Source: Candidatus Heimdallarchaeota archaeon
GTDB taxonomy: Archaea; Asgardarchaeota; Heimdallarchaeia; Heimdallarchaeales; Heimdallarchaeaceae
Assembly (NCBI GenBank): GCA_030603365.1
Contig: JAUVXV010000002.1
Span: 288,001 to 352,000, forward strand
Length of the DNA: 64,000 nt
Direction: 5' to 3'
Position numbers and translations under genes: made by a program. Under the pieces are notes generated by a model, which saw only the letters and a program-made list of their open reading frames with translations, searched no databases and was not told the origin of the DNA. Below, one piece after another: positions 31,585 to 41,581 of this stretch (the first letter of the stretch is position 1; the number at the start of each line of letters is the position of its first letter).

Positions 31585-32715
31585 ATGAAAAGAAAAGCAC
31601 ATCTACTTATATTCAATTTAGTTTTGGTTTGCCTTTTAATGAACTCAATAAACTCTCAAGCTGTGACATTTTACGAAACAGAACTTGAATTTTCTGGAAA
31701 CATAATTGCTTTTGATCTATATCATGGAGGTTATCTTGCTAACGATGTTGATAACTTAGTTGCAAATTTAACAGAAACAGGTAACTTTGTCTACTTAATA
31801 AACGAAACTTGGGAATTACCAGATGATGTTAATGCACTTTTTCTGACTCAAAGTGATTCAGGTAGAAGCTGGTTGTCTTCACAAGTTGCCGACATAGTTG
31901 ATTGGTTAGCTTTGGGTGATAAGCTTCTTTGGGTTTGTGGTGATACAGACTATGGTGGATACTTTAATCCAACACCAATTAACAATGTATTGAATGCTGC
32001 AGGAGCAATTGTAAGAATTGGGGGGACACAGATTTTTGACTCTGTTCATAATGATGGTGCAGACTATCGTACTGCTGCAACAGAAATTGGATCAGGAGTT
32101 CCTCTATATGATGGTGATCTTGTTGGAAATCTAACTGAAGGTGTGGATGCAGGTGTATTATTCTATTCTTCTTGTGCAATTATTGCATATGATGGTTACA
32201 ATTATAAAGATCTTAGAATTGGAGAAAGTGTTTTTCCAGACCGAGTTTGGACCATCATGAGATATAGTGAAAACGCTACTTCTTATGACTCTGATGTTAG
32301 CGATAATGAATTAGATCTGTATGCTAATAGCGCAGTAACTGGATTATATCCGGCTATTGTTTATGAACATCTGATTAATGTAAATAGTCATATTATTGCA
32401 TCAGGAGATGCAATCTATTCAGACTACAGATATATGTATGATCAAAAAACGGAAAATGGAGTCTACAATGGTGGAGTTCATTATGGTCAAGTATTAGTAA
32501 ATAATATCTTAAATTACTTCCTTGAGACTATAGAAATACCTACACCTACACCTACACCAACTCCTACTCCAACTCCAACACCAACTCCAACAGTCTCTGA
32601 AACACCTGAACCAACACCTAATACAACAATAGATGGTTTTGGTATTACTACCTTACTAATTTCTTTGTTTAGCATTGGTGTATCTGTGGTATTTACAATG
32701 AGAAAGAAGAACTAA
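31585..32715 (+). CDS. GIFT/DUF4350-like surface protein 3
   Basis: Paralogue; start placed at MKRKAH by alignment and TATA spacing; (PT)n, GFG-TM-RKKN. Confidence 0.8.
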   Translation: MKRKAHLLIFNLVLVCLLMNSINSQAVTFYETELEFSGNIIAFDLYHGGYLANDVDNLVANLTETGNFVYLINETWELPDDVNALFLTQSDSGRSWLSSQVADIVDWLALGDKLLWVCGDTDYGGYFNPTPINNVLNAAGAIVRIGGTQIFDSVHNDGADYRTAATEIGSGVPLYDGDLVGNLTEGVDAGVLFYSSCAIIAYDGYNYKDLRIGESVFPDRVWTIMRYSENATSYDSDVSDNELDLYANSAVTGLYPAIVYEHLINVNSHIIASGDAIYSDYRYMYDQKTENGVYNGGVHYGQVLVNNILNYFLETIEIPTPTPTPTPTPTPTPTPTVSETPEPTPNTTIDGFGITTLLISLFSIGVSVVFTMRKKN

Positions 32716-32813
32716 ATTCTTCTTTTTTCTTGTTTTCAGTTTTGCTTAATAATTGTAAACGTACAAAATAGATGTGCAAAATGCAATAAGATGATGACTA
32801 TTTCCTTATAGAC

Positions 32814-33030
32814 CTGTCTATATTTCGAAATGATGAAAAATGTTTAAAAATACTGATGTTTGCTATTAAATTTGATGAAGAGAACAAAATTGCTAATTCT
32901 GACTAATTTTCTTTGTGTTTTAATACTGCTAAATTCAGCAAGTAATATAACTGGTGTAGTTTTTGTCGAAACTAGTTTAGAATTCTCTGGGAATACTATT
33001 GCCTTCGATATCTATCATGGAGGGTATCAT
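32814..33030 (+). repeat. 217-bp direct repeat, copy 2
   Basis: Matches 29110-29326. Confidence 0.92.
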
Positions 33031-33966
33031 GCTAACGATGTTGATAACCTTGTAGCTAATTTGACAGCTGCTGGAAACATTGTAACATTCATTAATGAAA
33101 CATGGGATTTGCCAGATAATGTAGACGCACTTATTCTCACAAGTGCAGATATAGTTAATTGGACTACTACAGAAATAGCAGATATTGTTAATTGGATGGC
33201 ACTTGGAAATAGACTTCTTTGGGTTTCCGGTGATTCAGACTATTCTGGGTTTTTTGATCCAACACCAATTAATGACATTTTAAGTGCTATTGGAGCTATT
33301 GTAAGATTAGATGGAACATCCATCTCAGACCCAGTGTTCAATGATGGGGCATCATACAGAGTAGCTGCGACAGAATTTGGTGTAGATGATCCTTTCTATG
33401 ATGGTGATCTAGTAGGAAACTTGACTCAAGGAATGGATGCAGGTGCCATTTTTCATGGACCATGCTCAATCATTGCATTTGATGGCTATTACTATAAAGA
33501 TTTGAGATATGGGCATAGCGTTTTTCCTAATAGGGTTTGGACAATCATGAGATATAGTGAAAACGCTATTGCTGATGATACTGATACATCGAATGGAGAT
33601 CTAGATATATATGCTTATGACGTGGATACGGGATTATATCCTGCACTTGTTTATGAAACTCTTACAGATGTAAACAGCCACATCATAGCTTCTGGTGAAG
33701 CTATCTATTCCAACTACAAATATATGTATGATCAAAGGACAGAAAATGGAGTATACAATGAAAATCATCATTTTGGAGAAGTTTTGGTTAACAATATTTT
33801 CAATTATTTCTTAGAAACAAAAGTTATAACAACTCCAACACCAACACCAACACCAACACCAACTGATACTGAAACAACTATAGTTGGATTTGGTATAACT
33901 GCAGCATTAATATCTTTACTAAGCATAGGCATATCAACTGTTTTTATTATTAGAAAGAGATACTAA
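32875..33966 (+). CDS. GIFT/DUF4350-like surface protein 4
   Basis: Paralogue; first ~52 aa almost identical to protein 1; (PT)n, GFG-TM-RKRY. Confidence 0.8.
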   Translation: MKRTKLLILTNFLCVLILLNSASNITGVVFVETSLEFSGNTIAFDIYHGGYHANDVDNLVANLTAAGNIVTFINETWDLPDNVDALILTSADIVNWTTTEIADIVNWMALGNRLLWVSGDSDYSGFFDPTPINDILSAIGAIVRLDGTSISDPVFNDGASYRVAATEFGVDDPFYDGDLVGNLTQGMDAGAIFHGPCSIIAFDGYYYKDLRYGHSVFPNRVWTIMRYSENAIADDTDTSNGDLDIYAYDVDTGLYPALVYETLTDVNSHIIASGEAIYSNYKYMYDQRTENGVYNENHHFGEVLVNNIFNYFLETKVITTPTPTPTPTPTDTETTIVGFGITAALISLLSIGISTVFIIRKRY

Positions 33967-33970
33967 ATCC

Positions 33971-33992
33971 TCTTTTTTTTCCTTTTTTCTTC
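33971..33992 (+). terminator. Archaeal oligo-T terminator
   Basis: tcttttttttccttttttcttc after the stop codon. Confidence 0.6.
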
Positions 33993-34024
33993 AAGAAACT
34001 TGCATTAAATTTAAAAAACACATA

Positions 34025-35167
34025 ATGTTTGTATATCTAATGATAATTACTTCTCTTATTTATGCTGCTGTTTCCTTGTGTATTATTATTGCTATGATTG
34101 TTTTAGTCTTTAAGAGACAATATGAACTAGCCTCATCTGCTGTTTATTTCATGCTTGGGATTCTCTTTGGTATTGCAGGTTGGATTATCGCTGACATGTT
34201 TCAAATCATTTTTAGCAAACCAGGAAATGAAATCGTTATACTTGTTTTATCTGTTATTGCTACAATATGTAGTATGTTAGCAATGGGGTCTACAGTTTTA
34301 TTTGCGCGAGTCCTAAGTGCTAGAAGAACTCTAAACTCAAAAACAGTTGTCGTTGGAAGCATTCTTTTTGGGGCGACAGTCTTTCTTACACTTACTGCTG
34401 GCTATCCAAATGATGCAGATAAATTAATTAGTTATACAGTAAACTCCTCTGATTTTGCTAATTTAGACTTCATTGTCACTGATATGAGCTTCATCTGGAT
34501 AATTGTCGATGCTGCCATGGTGTTATTTGCAGGTGGTAGTTTGATATGGTATCTTTCGCGTCAATACAGATTTGTTGAACAAAAGCATAGGAAAGTCCTA
34601 GCTTTCATGATAGCTGGTACAGTAATTGCTTTTATTGTAAGTGCAATTTTATATTCGATTTATGCTTTTGCGAAAATTAAGGCTACTCTTCATCTTGAAT
34701 TAGTTTCTGCATCTGTTGGAGCTGCCATGATAGGAATTGGAATGATTGTAGGTGGAAAAAGAGCCCTTTATGGATCTTCAAGAGTTTATTCTGTTCATGT
34801 TTTTTCTAATTCAGGATTAAGTGTGTATGCGGGTCTATTCGAAGGTAAATATGATGTCAACGAACACCTAATTTCTGGAGTTGCGACTGCTATTTCAAGC
34901 TTTGCAGGTCAATTAATAGGTAAAGATGTGGTACCACGTGAGATTGATCTCGGAGATTATTCATTGATGCTCGAAGAAAAGGAAGATTATATTGGTTTCA
35001 TTATCTGTGAGTTTCCATCTGTGATGATCAGACAGGGGCTCAAGAATATCATGAAGAATTTTGATCCTAAAATGAGTATTGAAGAGATATCAGAATTTGT
35101 AGATGACTATCTACCTTATGGAAAACCAGCTGTTATGGATCTGTTTGAGGATTTTGATATACAATAA
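34025..35167 (+). CDS. 7-TM membrane protein with a C-terminal longin/roadblock-like domain
   Basis: Seven hydrophobic helices, then VHVFSNSGLSVY…LISGVATAISSFA…EIDLGDYSLMLE. Confidence 0.7.
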   Translation: MFVYLMIITSLIYAAVSLCIIIAMIVLVFKRQYELASSAVYFMLGILFGIAGWIIADMFQIIFSKPGNEIVILVLSVIATICSMLAMGSTVLFARVLSARRTLNSKTVVVGSILFGATVFLTLTAGYPNDADKLISYTVNSSDFANLDFIVTDMSFIWIIVDAAMVLFAGGSLIWYLSRQYRFVEQKHRKVLAFMIAGTVIAFIVSAILYSIYAFAKIKATLHLELVSASVGAAMIGIGMIVGGKRALYGSSRVYSVHVFSNSGLSVYAGLFEGKYDVNEHLISGVATAISSFAGQLIGKDVVPREIDLGDYSLMLEEKEDYIGFIICEFPSVMIRQGLKNIMKNFDPKMSIEEISEFVDDYLPYGKPAVMDLFEDFDIQ

Positions 35168-35211
35168 ATCTTTAGAACAAAACTCAAATATTCTTCTTTT
35201 TTCCTCTTCTT

Positions 35212-36564
35212 ATGGATTATGCAATCAAAGGTAGATTAGCAATTTATTATGACACTAATTCAAAACTACAAATTATCGAAAATCCACTTATTATTGTAGA
35301 AGAAGAGAAAATTGTAGATATAGGTACTTATGACAAAATGAAACCCAATCTCTCTGGACATGATGTAATCGGTGATTCCAATCAACTTCTCATTCCAGGT
35401 TTAGTCAATTGTCACACTCACATCGCCATGACAATATTTAGAGGAATAGCTGATGACATTCCATTGAAAACATGGTTGGAAGACTATATTTGGCCATTAG
35501 AAGCTAAATTGGGTGAGGAGGATGTTTATCAAGGAGCACTTCTAGGTAGCATTGAATCTGTTCTAAGTGGAGTAACAGCTGTCAATTCTATGTACTGGTA
35601 TCCAGGTTTTGAAGCAAAAGCAATCAGCAATATAGGTTTAAGAGGTTACATTGCAGCCCCCATTTTATCTGGAATAACTACATTTGAAGACGCATATGAT
35701 ATTATTGAGAAACATCATCACACTTTACAAGATCTCATTAGAGTCACATTTTCTTTACACTCCCCGTATACAGTTACTATTGAAGACTTTCAGAAAGCTC
35801 ATCAATATATTCATGATTATAATGAGAAGAATGATAAACCAGAGCTATTCATCCACACTCATTTAGCGGAATCTGAAACAGAAATGGAAGATAGTAGAAG
35901 TTTTAATGAGAAGAATAATCAAACTTATCCTGATGTTGATACTCCAGTAGAATTATTGGACTCGATTGGTGTTTTAGATGACAATCTCATAGCTGCACAT
36001 TGTATTCATATTACTGAAAAAGACATAAAAATCCTCAAAGATAGAGGTACAAGATTATCGCTCAACCCAATATCAAATGCCAAATTAGGCAATCACATGC
36101 CACCTATTCCTAGCATAATTGAACAAGTAGATAGAGTAGGATTAGGGACAGATGGGCCTTCAAGTAATAATACTCTTGACATATTTGATACTATCAGATT
36201 TCTAGCACTCTATTACAAAGGATTTCATCACAATCCAACAGTGATCAAAGCTCAAGAGATTTTCAAGCTTGCAACACTTGGTGGAGCTAAAGTTTTGAAT
36301 TGGGAAGGAATTGGCACTTTAGAGAAAGGATCATTAGCTGACATTGTCACTGTTAATCTGAAAAAACCGCATCTAACACCTAGTAAAAATCCCGATTATA
36401 TTCTCAATCATTTTGCTTATTCCATGAAAGGAAGTGATGTTAGTAACGTGTTAGTTAACGGTTCTCTTATTGTTCAAGATTCATCACTTGTCAACAGAGA
36501 TATTGAAAATACCATTGAGGAAGTAGAAAAAATCACTCATCGTTTAGTTTCTAAGAATGATTGA
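35212..36564 (+). CDS. Amidohydrolase, MTA/SAH (5'-deoxyadenosine) deaminase family
   Basis: PGLVNCHTH, HSPYT, HTHLAES, AAHC, GLGTDGPSSNN. Confidence 0.88.
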   Translation: MDYAIKGRLAIYYDTNSKLQIIENPLIIVEEEKIVDIGTYDKMKPNLSGHDVIGDSNQLLIPGLVNCHTHIAMTIFRGIADDIPLKTWLEDYIWPLEAKLGEEDVYQGALLGSIESVLSGVTAVNSMYWYPGFEAKAISNIGLRGYIAAPILSGITTFEDAYDIIEKHHHTLQDLIRVTFSLHSPYTVTIEDFQKAHQYIHDYNEKNDKPELFIHTHLAESETEMEDSRSFNEKNNQTYPDVDTPVELLDSIGVLDDNLIAAHCIHITEKDIKILKDRGTRLSLNPISNAKLGNHMPPIPSIIEQVDRVGLGTDGPSSNNTLDIFDTIRFLALYYKGFHHNPTVIKAQEIFKLATLGGAKVLNWEGIGTLEKGSLADIVTVNLKKPHLTPSKNPDYILNHFAYSMKGSDVSNVLVNGSLIVQDSSLVNRDIENTIEEVEKITHRLVSKND

Positions 36565-37445
36565 GAGTGCTTTAGGCTGAGCATGAGAATACCGACTATT
36601 GTCACAACTAGTGAAATCCCAAGAAAAATCTGTTGAACAGGTATTAGAGAGTTCCATTCTAGTAGAATTATTCCACCAAACAGTATTGGGAAAATAATCA
36701 TTACCCCATTGTATATTGCCATTATGTTTGAAACTTTTCCTTCTTTGAACGCAAATTGTAAACTTCCTGTTGACATCAGAGCAGTTGCCAAAATTCCAAG
36801 AATATAAAGAATTACGACAACTAAATCAGTACTAAATTGTTTTTCAGTTGTCCAAACTGTAATTCCTTTAAAGACAATTGCTTGAATTCCTGCCATTAAA
36901 CCTGCAAAAATTGCAATGTCAAAAGGTCTTATTTTTCTCTTGAATAGAACAGGGATAAAAGTGAATAAGACTGCTATTACTAAACTTCCCAATACAACAA
37001 TAGCTCCATTAATTGAGTGCGAAAATCCTTTCCATTCAACCCATGATAGTTCTTCGATACCAAAACTCATGATGTATGAGGAAACTATAATACCAATTAG
37101 CACTAAAACAAAACCTACAATTTCCAGTTTTTTCAAAGATTCTTTTAAATCAATATGAGCATATGTTACGAGTACGATGAGTCCAAAACCTGATAATGGT
37201 GCTATAGCGCTCAAAGGTGCCCAAAGTAAAGCTACATAGTAGAATCCCATACTAGCTATTGTCAAAAAAAGACCAAGTAACCAAAGTTTGTTTGTAAGTA
37301 TTGATTTGATTAAAGTTACTGTTCCATCTTTTTTTTCTTCTGGCATTTTCTGGATGGCTTTCTTTTCAAGAACGAATCCAATATTGTAACAGGCTGTATA
37401 AATTAACCCCGAGATTATAGATATACCGAACAATAAACCATCCAT
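36537..37445 (-). CDS. DMT superfamily (NIPA Mg-transporter-like) membrane protein
   Basis: About 9 TM; N.GFVLEKKA, LWLLG, ALLWAPLSAIAPL. Confidence 0.75.
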   Translation of the reverse strand: MDGLLFGISIISGLIYTACYNIGFVLEKKAIQKMPEEKKDGTVTLIKSILTNKLWLLGLFLTIASMGFYYVALLWAPLSAIAPLSGFGLIVLVTYAHIDLKESLKKLEIVGFVLVLIGIIVSSYIMSFGIEELSWVEWKGFSHSINGAIVVLGSLVIAVLFTFIPVLFKRKIRPFDIAIFAGLMAGIQAIVFKGITVWTTEKQFSTDLVVVILYILGILATALMSTGSLQFAFKEGKVSNIMAIYNGVMIIFPILFGGIILLEWNSLIPVQQIFLGISLVVTIVGILMLSLKHSQSFLETKR

Positions 37446-37541
37446 GAAGTAGAGATATTATATCTCCTTTTTAGATTTTACTCTCAGTCAGCTGGACATG
37501 TCTAATAAAATTTAATAACAAGCCCCCTCCATACTTGTAAC

Positions 37542-38279
37542 ATGGTTGAAACGGATCTTTTTATGATATTAGTTGCTGGTTACACTAATTATCATCGTAA
37601 GTATCCGGTTTATGAGGAAAAATTTGGAGATGAGAAATTTGCTCATACTACAAATTTCAAAAGATTCTCTATAGATGAACATCTTGAAGAATTAGAATCA
37701 TTAATTCCTGAGAATCGAGAGTATCTTCTAGTAGGATATAGTATGGGAGGATCCAACATTTTAGAACTACTAGGTAGAAAACATCTCACTAATTGTAGGG
37801 GAGCTGTGCTTGTTGGTGCTGCTCATGTTCAGGATGTGCATTGGTTCCTAAATTTCATGTTTCTCTTACCTGTCCCAATCATGTATCTTTTTACCATAAT
37901 TCTTGCTCTGCTATTTCCAATGAATCTTATCATTGCTGGATTTAATTTGAAAAAAGCGATTCCAGCTTCTTTTGAAGGAATTTATATGTTCTTTAAACAT
38001 GGTGCTAGAAACATGAAGAAAGAATATAATCAATGTCTTAGAAAGGTGGGTAGAAATCTATCAGATATAAAAGAAGAAAATAAGGATATACCTCTTTTAA
38101 TAATTCGTTTAGAGAAGGATATGATGGTAAAAGAGGAACACTATGAGACTGTATTAACCTGGTTCAATAAATCCAAAACTAGAGTATTACCACCAGATAT
38201 TATACATTTGACTCATAGACTCGATGGACTCTTTATTGATATTATAGAGGAAGAAAGCGAATTTTTTGGTTTTGACTAA
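37542..38279 (+). CDS. Alpha/beta hydrolase
   Basis: LVGYSMGG nucleophile elbow; D and H (KDMMV, IHLTH). Confidence 0.75.
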   Translation: MVETDLFMILVAGYTNYHRKYPVYEEKFGDEKFAHTTNFKRFSIDEHLEELESLIPENREYLLVGYSMGGSNILELLGRKHLTNCRGAVLVGAAHVQDVHWFLNFMFLLPVPIMYLFTIILALLFPMNLIIAGFNLKKAIPASFEGIYMFFKHGARNMKKEYNQCLRKVGRNLSDIKEENKDIPLLIIRLEKDMMVKEEHYETVLTWFNKSKTRVLPPDIIHLTHRLDGLFIDIIEEESEFFGFD

Positions 38280-38338
38280 ACAATAATATCTCTATCAAAA
38301 AAAAACAACTTTTTAAATGCAGTTCTAACATAATCTTT

Positions 38339-39244
38339 GTGTATTCAGAGACATTTGAAACTGAAATAAATAAACTGAAAGCTGATAAAATCAGTGGATC
38401 TGAGGAAATAGTCAGGAAAGCTATTCAAATTATTAAAAAAGAAATTGACAATGACCCAACTAGATATGGTAAGATTATAGATTTAGTTGAAATGCTTCGT
38501 GCAGTTATAATTATTAAGAAAGAAATGTCAGCTTTGAGAAATGTTCTAATTTATTTTATTGATTTCTTCCAAAAAGGAGTAGCAGTTGAAGATTTGGCTG
38601 AAAGGGTCATAGGGAAAATGGATGATCAAAGAAATAATGTCAATGATAAACTGCTTCCAATTATTTCAAAATGTAAAAACATTATGACCTTTTCAAGATC
38701 TAGCACCATTATGTATAGTCTAAGAAAGTTGAGTGAACAAGTGGGGAAAGATAAATTACCTGATTTAACTGTATTTGAATCCAGACCTGCGTTAGAAGGT
38801 AAAAAGCTAGCTTTAGAAGCCACTGAAATGGGTTATAAGGTAAACTACTTAGTAGATGCAGCTATGTCAATGGCAATAATAACGCTCAAACCTGATTTGG
38901 TTTTAATTGGTGCTGACACCATATTTCCTAATGGTAATGTAGTAAATAAAATTGGATGTCAAGCTTTAGCTCTTTTTGCTTATCAAAATAAAATCCCTTT
39001 TTATGTAGTCAGTTCTTCCTTGAAACTTCTACTCAAAGCAATTCCTTTCTCAATACAAAGCTACTCATCAAGCGATATCTGGTCAAAAGATAAACCTGAA
39101 GGTGTAAAAATCTACAATCCTTACTTCGAGATTATTCCTAAAAAATTAATTAGAGGATATGTAACTGAGTTTGGTTTTAGCGAAAACATCCCAGATGTTC
39201 GAATTGAATTGGAAAAAGAGTATATTCACGAAATGTATGACTAG
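38339..39244 (+). CDS. eIF-2B alpha/beta/delta family protein (aIF-2B-like)
   Basis: ESRPALEG, VDAA, GADTI…VVNKIG, NPYFE; TFSRS in place of the isomerase THC motif. Confidence 0.88.
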   Translation: MYSETFETEINKLKADKISGSEEIVRKAIQIIKKEIDNDPTRYGKIIDLVEMLRAVIIIKKEMSALRNVLIYFIDFFQKGVAVEDLAERVIGKMDDQRNNVNDKLLPIISKCKNIMTFSRSSTIMYSLRKLSEQVGKDKLPDLTVFESRPALEGKKLALEATEMGYKVNYLVDAAMSMAIITLKPDLVLIGADTIFPNGNVVNKIGCQALALFAYQNKIPFYVVSSSLKLLLKAIPFSIQSYSSSDIWSKDKPEGVKIYNPYFEIIPKKLIRGYVTEFGFSENIPDVRIELEKEYIHEMYD

Positions 39245-39358
39245 AAAATCTAGATATTAGTTATTCTGAATTTTTTTCACATATGTTTAAATAATGTAAA
39301 ATAGATAAAGGTAATTTGAACTAAGCATGATTTAGTTTATTAAATAGAGGTAATATAT

Positions 39359-40186
39359 ATGAAGAAAAAAGCAGTATTTATTCTATCTTTGTTATGTCTA
39401 TCTATAGTTTCATTTACAATGAGTACTATACAAGCAGATTTTGAAATTAGTTATCAAGGTTTTACTTACTCAGATAACTTATCTCCAGGTGAATCAGTTG
39501 CTTGGGAGATTATGAAACTAGAAAAAGATGACCAATATGAATGGGAAATAAAACCAGGAATAACTATGGAGTTAGGCGACATCCTTAGAGTTAATATCAC
39601 AACAGATCCAGATGCATTAAACCTTACTACATTTGAAGAAATACACACCACAAATGAAGAATGGGCGAACTTCTATAAAAATGACGATTATCTAGGAAAC
39701 GATGCATCTGACCTAAACTGGGGTAGCTCTCTTTATCCTGGAGCTTTACTCTGGGGTCCAATATTCTGGATGTACTTTGTTCCTGTAATTCTGCAAAATG
39801 CCACAGCAAGTGTTGATTTCTTTGATTTTGTAGTACAGCATTTTGGAGTGTATGTATTTGATGATCCAGGTGGATCATATGATATTGAAAAGAAAGGCAA
39901 TTTATTAATAATATCTGCGGAGGTACATGCTGATATATCTGGTGGAATTTTTGGAGGAGATTATAAATTTGATTCATTCGTGGAAATTAGCTACAACGTT
40001 GAATGGGGTACTTTGGATAAACTAGAAATTGATGAAACCGTAGATAGTAGTGCAGGAAAAGAAACATTCAAATTAATACTTTTGAACACTATCAGTACTC
40101 AAAGCATTCCCTTTAATTGGACATATGGTATGATAGCTCTTTTTATTATTGGATTAGCATATATTCTAAGGAAAAAAATACATTAA
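39359..40186 (+). CDS. Secreted protein with C-terminal TM and basic tail (CTERM-type anchor)
   Basis: Signal peptide; IPFNW-TM-RKKIH. Confidence 0.75.
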   Translation: MKKKAVFILSLLCLSIVSFTMSTIQADFEISYQGFTYSDNLSPGESVAWEIMKLEKDDQYEWEIKPGITMELGDILRVNITTDPDALNLTTFEEIHTTNEEWANFYKNDDYLGNDASDLNWGSSLYPGALLWGPIFWMYFVPVILQNATASVDFFDFVVQHFGVYVFDDPGGSYDIEKKGNLLIISAEVHADISGGIFGGDYKFDSFVEISYNVEWGTLDKLEIDETVDSSAGKETFKLILLNTISTQSIPFNWTYGMIALFIIGLAYILRKKIH

Positions 40187-40333
40187 AAGGAAAAAAAGGT
40201 TAATATTTTCTCCCTTTTTTTTATTATTTTTAAAAAATCTATTGTACCATAGTTGATGGTCTTGTAAAAAAATCTCCAAATTAGAAGAGAAACAGAAAAA
40301 GAGAATATTCAAGAAACTTGTGGGGAAGAGGAA

Positions 40334-41065
40334 TTAACTTCCTTCCCAATCAGTTTTCAACATTTGATCTTTATCCTCTGGGACAACTGGGTCTACATAA
40401 TAAGCGATTTTTCCAGCCCATCTGACCTCTCCTGTTCTATAAATTGGATTGGATCTGATATTTCGTAAGGTTGAAACTGGGATATTGTATTTCATACTTA
40501 ATGTTTTCAATGATGAAAAGGGATTATCAAATTCTCCAAATAACCTACGGATAAGACCTCTTTTGCTTTCTTCGATCATCAAATTTCCATTTTCATCAAC
40601 AGCATAACCAAAGGGTGGTCGAGACATGACTTTCTTATCATTAATTCTTCGTAACATTCCTTTGTATCGCTTTTCACGATATTTTTCCAGTTCCATTTCC
40701 CCGAATAAATCTTTAACTCTTGCAATCGCTTTGTTATCTTCATCATCCAAACAGACAATTGATAGTTCTTTTTTCTTGAGTAGAATTCTAATATAACCTA
40801 AAACGTCAACATCCCTGGATAATCTATCTCTGGATTGACTCCATAATTCATCAAATTCATCATTTTCAGTCATCCTCAATATTTCTAGAAAGCCTTCTCT
40901 ATATTCAGGATCACTGTCTCCAGGGCAATCTTCATCTCGAACAATCTTTACAATTTCTCGATCCCCAGCTTGGTAAATTTTTGCTGAAACATCATCAATT
41001 TGTGTTTCCAATCCTGATTCTTGATCAGCAGTTGAAGTTCGAACATATACAACACAACGAATCAT
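40334..41065 (-). CDS. Serine recombinase (resolvase catalytic domain plus short recombinase DNA-binding domain, no zinc ribbon)
   Basis: YVRTST catalytic Ser, REGF, SRDRLSRD, PPFGY, NPIY. Confidence 0.9.
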   Translation of the reverse strand: MIRCVVYVRTSTADQESGLETQIDDVSAKIYQAGDREIVKIVRDEDCPGDSDPEYREGFLEILRMTENDEFDELWSQSRDRLSRDVDVLGYIRILLKKKELSIVCLDDEDNKAIARVKDLFGEMELEKYREKRYKGMLRRINDKKVMSRPPFGYAVDENGNLMIEESKRGLIRRLFGEFDNPFSSLKTLSMKYNIPVSTLRNIRSNPIYRTGEVRWAGKIAYYVDPVVPEDKDQMLKTDWEGS

Positions 41066-41131
41066 AATAACCTTGTTAAGAAGGTTTAGACCTTCACTAA
41101 AAGGTATGTACTACTGGACAACATATGAAAC

Positions 41132-41581
41132 TTATCTTTCGTCGAAAACCACTTGTTCAACAAGCCTTTTATCTTGTTTTTTAGTTAGATAGCGATAAAT
41201 GAAATACTCCACCTTCTCAATTGATTCATCATAATTAAGAGGTAGTTCTCGTCCACTTTCCTTAAGATGGATTAATCTTTGTCTTAATAGACTCAAAGTA
41301 AGAGCAACAGTTCGATTTCTTTCATAAAGCTCATTCGCTTTTAATCGAATTAGAGCATACTCTTGAAATAAACTAGAATACTCTCTACTTAATTCTTGGA
41401 ATATTTTTTCATCTTCAGCTCTTTTATTAGAAAGATCATTCATGTCCCAATCAGTTAGTTCGTCAGGTATAATCTCCAAATAATAAAGATAATAAGCTAA
41501 ATCACTTGCAAGAATATTTTCATCCTCACATGGAATTTTGTCCTTGAATTTAATATTGAACCTTGTAGTATTTATTTTCAT
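41132..41581 (-). CDS. Hypothetical helical protein
   Basis: 149-aa ORF; ATGA overlap with the upstream gene. Confidence 0.7.
   Translation of the reverse strand: MKINTTRFNIKFKDKIPCEDENILASDLAYYLYYLEIIPDELTDWDMNDLSNKRAEDEKIFQELSREYSSLFQEYALIRLKANELYERNRTVALTLSLLRQRLIHLKESGRELPLNYDESIEKVEYFIYRYLTKKQDKRLVEQVVFDER

Noticed and set aside
30134-33864. ccaaca/ccaact hexamer tandem repeats as a possible CRISPR or VNTR
   Set aside because: They are in-frame Pro-Thr linkers with synonymous variation; there are no spacers or cas genes
40334-41065. IS607-family transposon or provirus
   Set aside because: No N-terminal MerR-type HTH, no tnpB, no viral genes, and no clear att or target duplication
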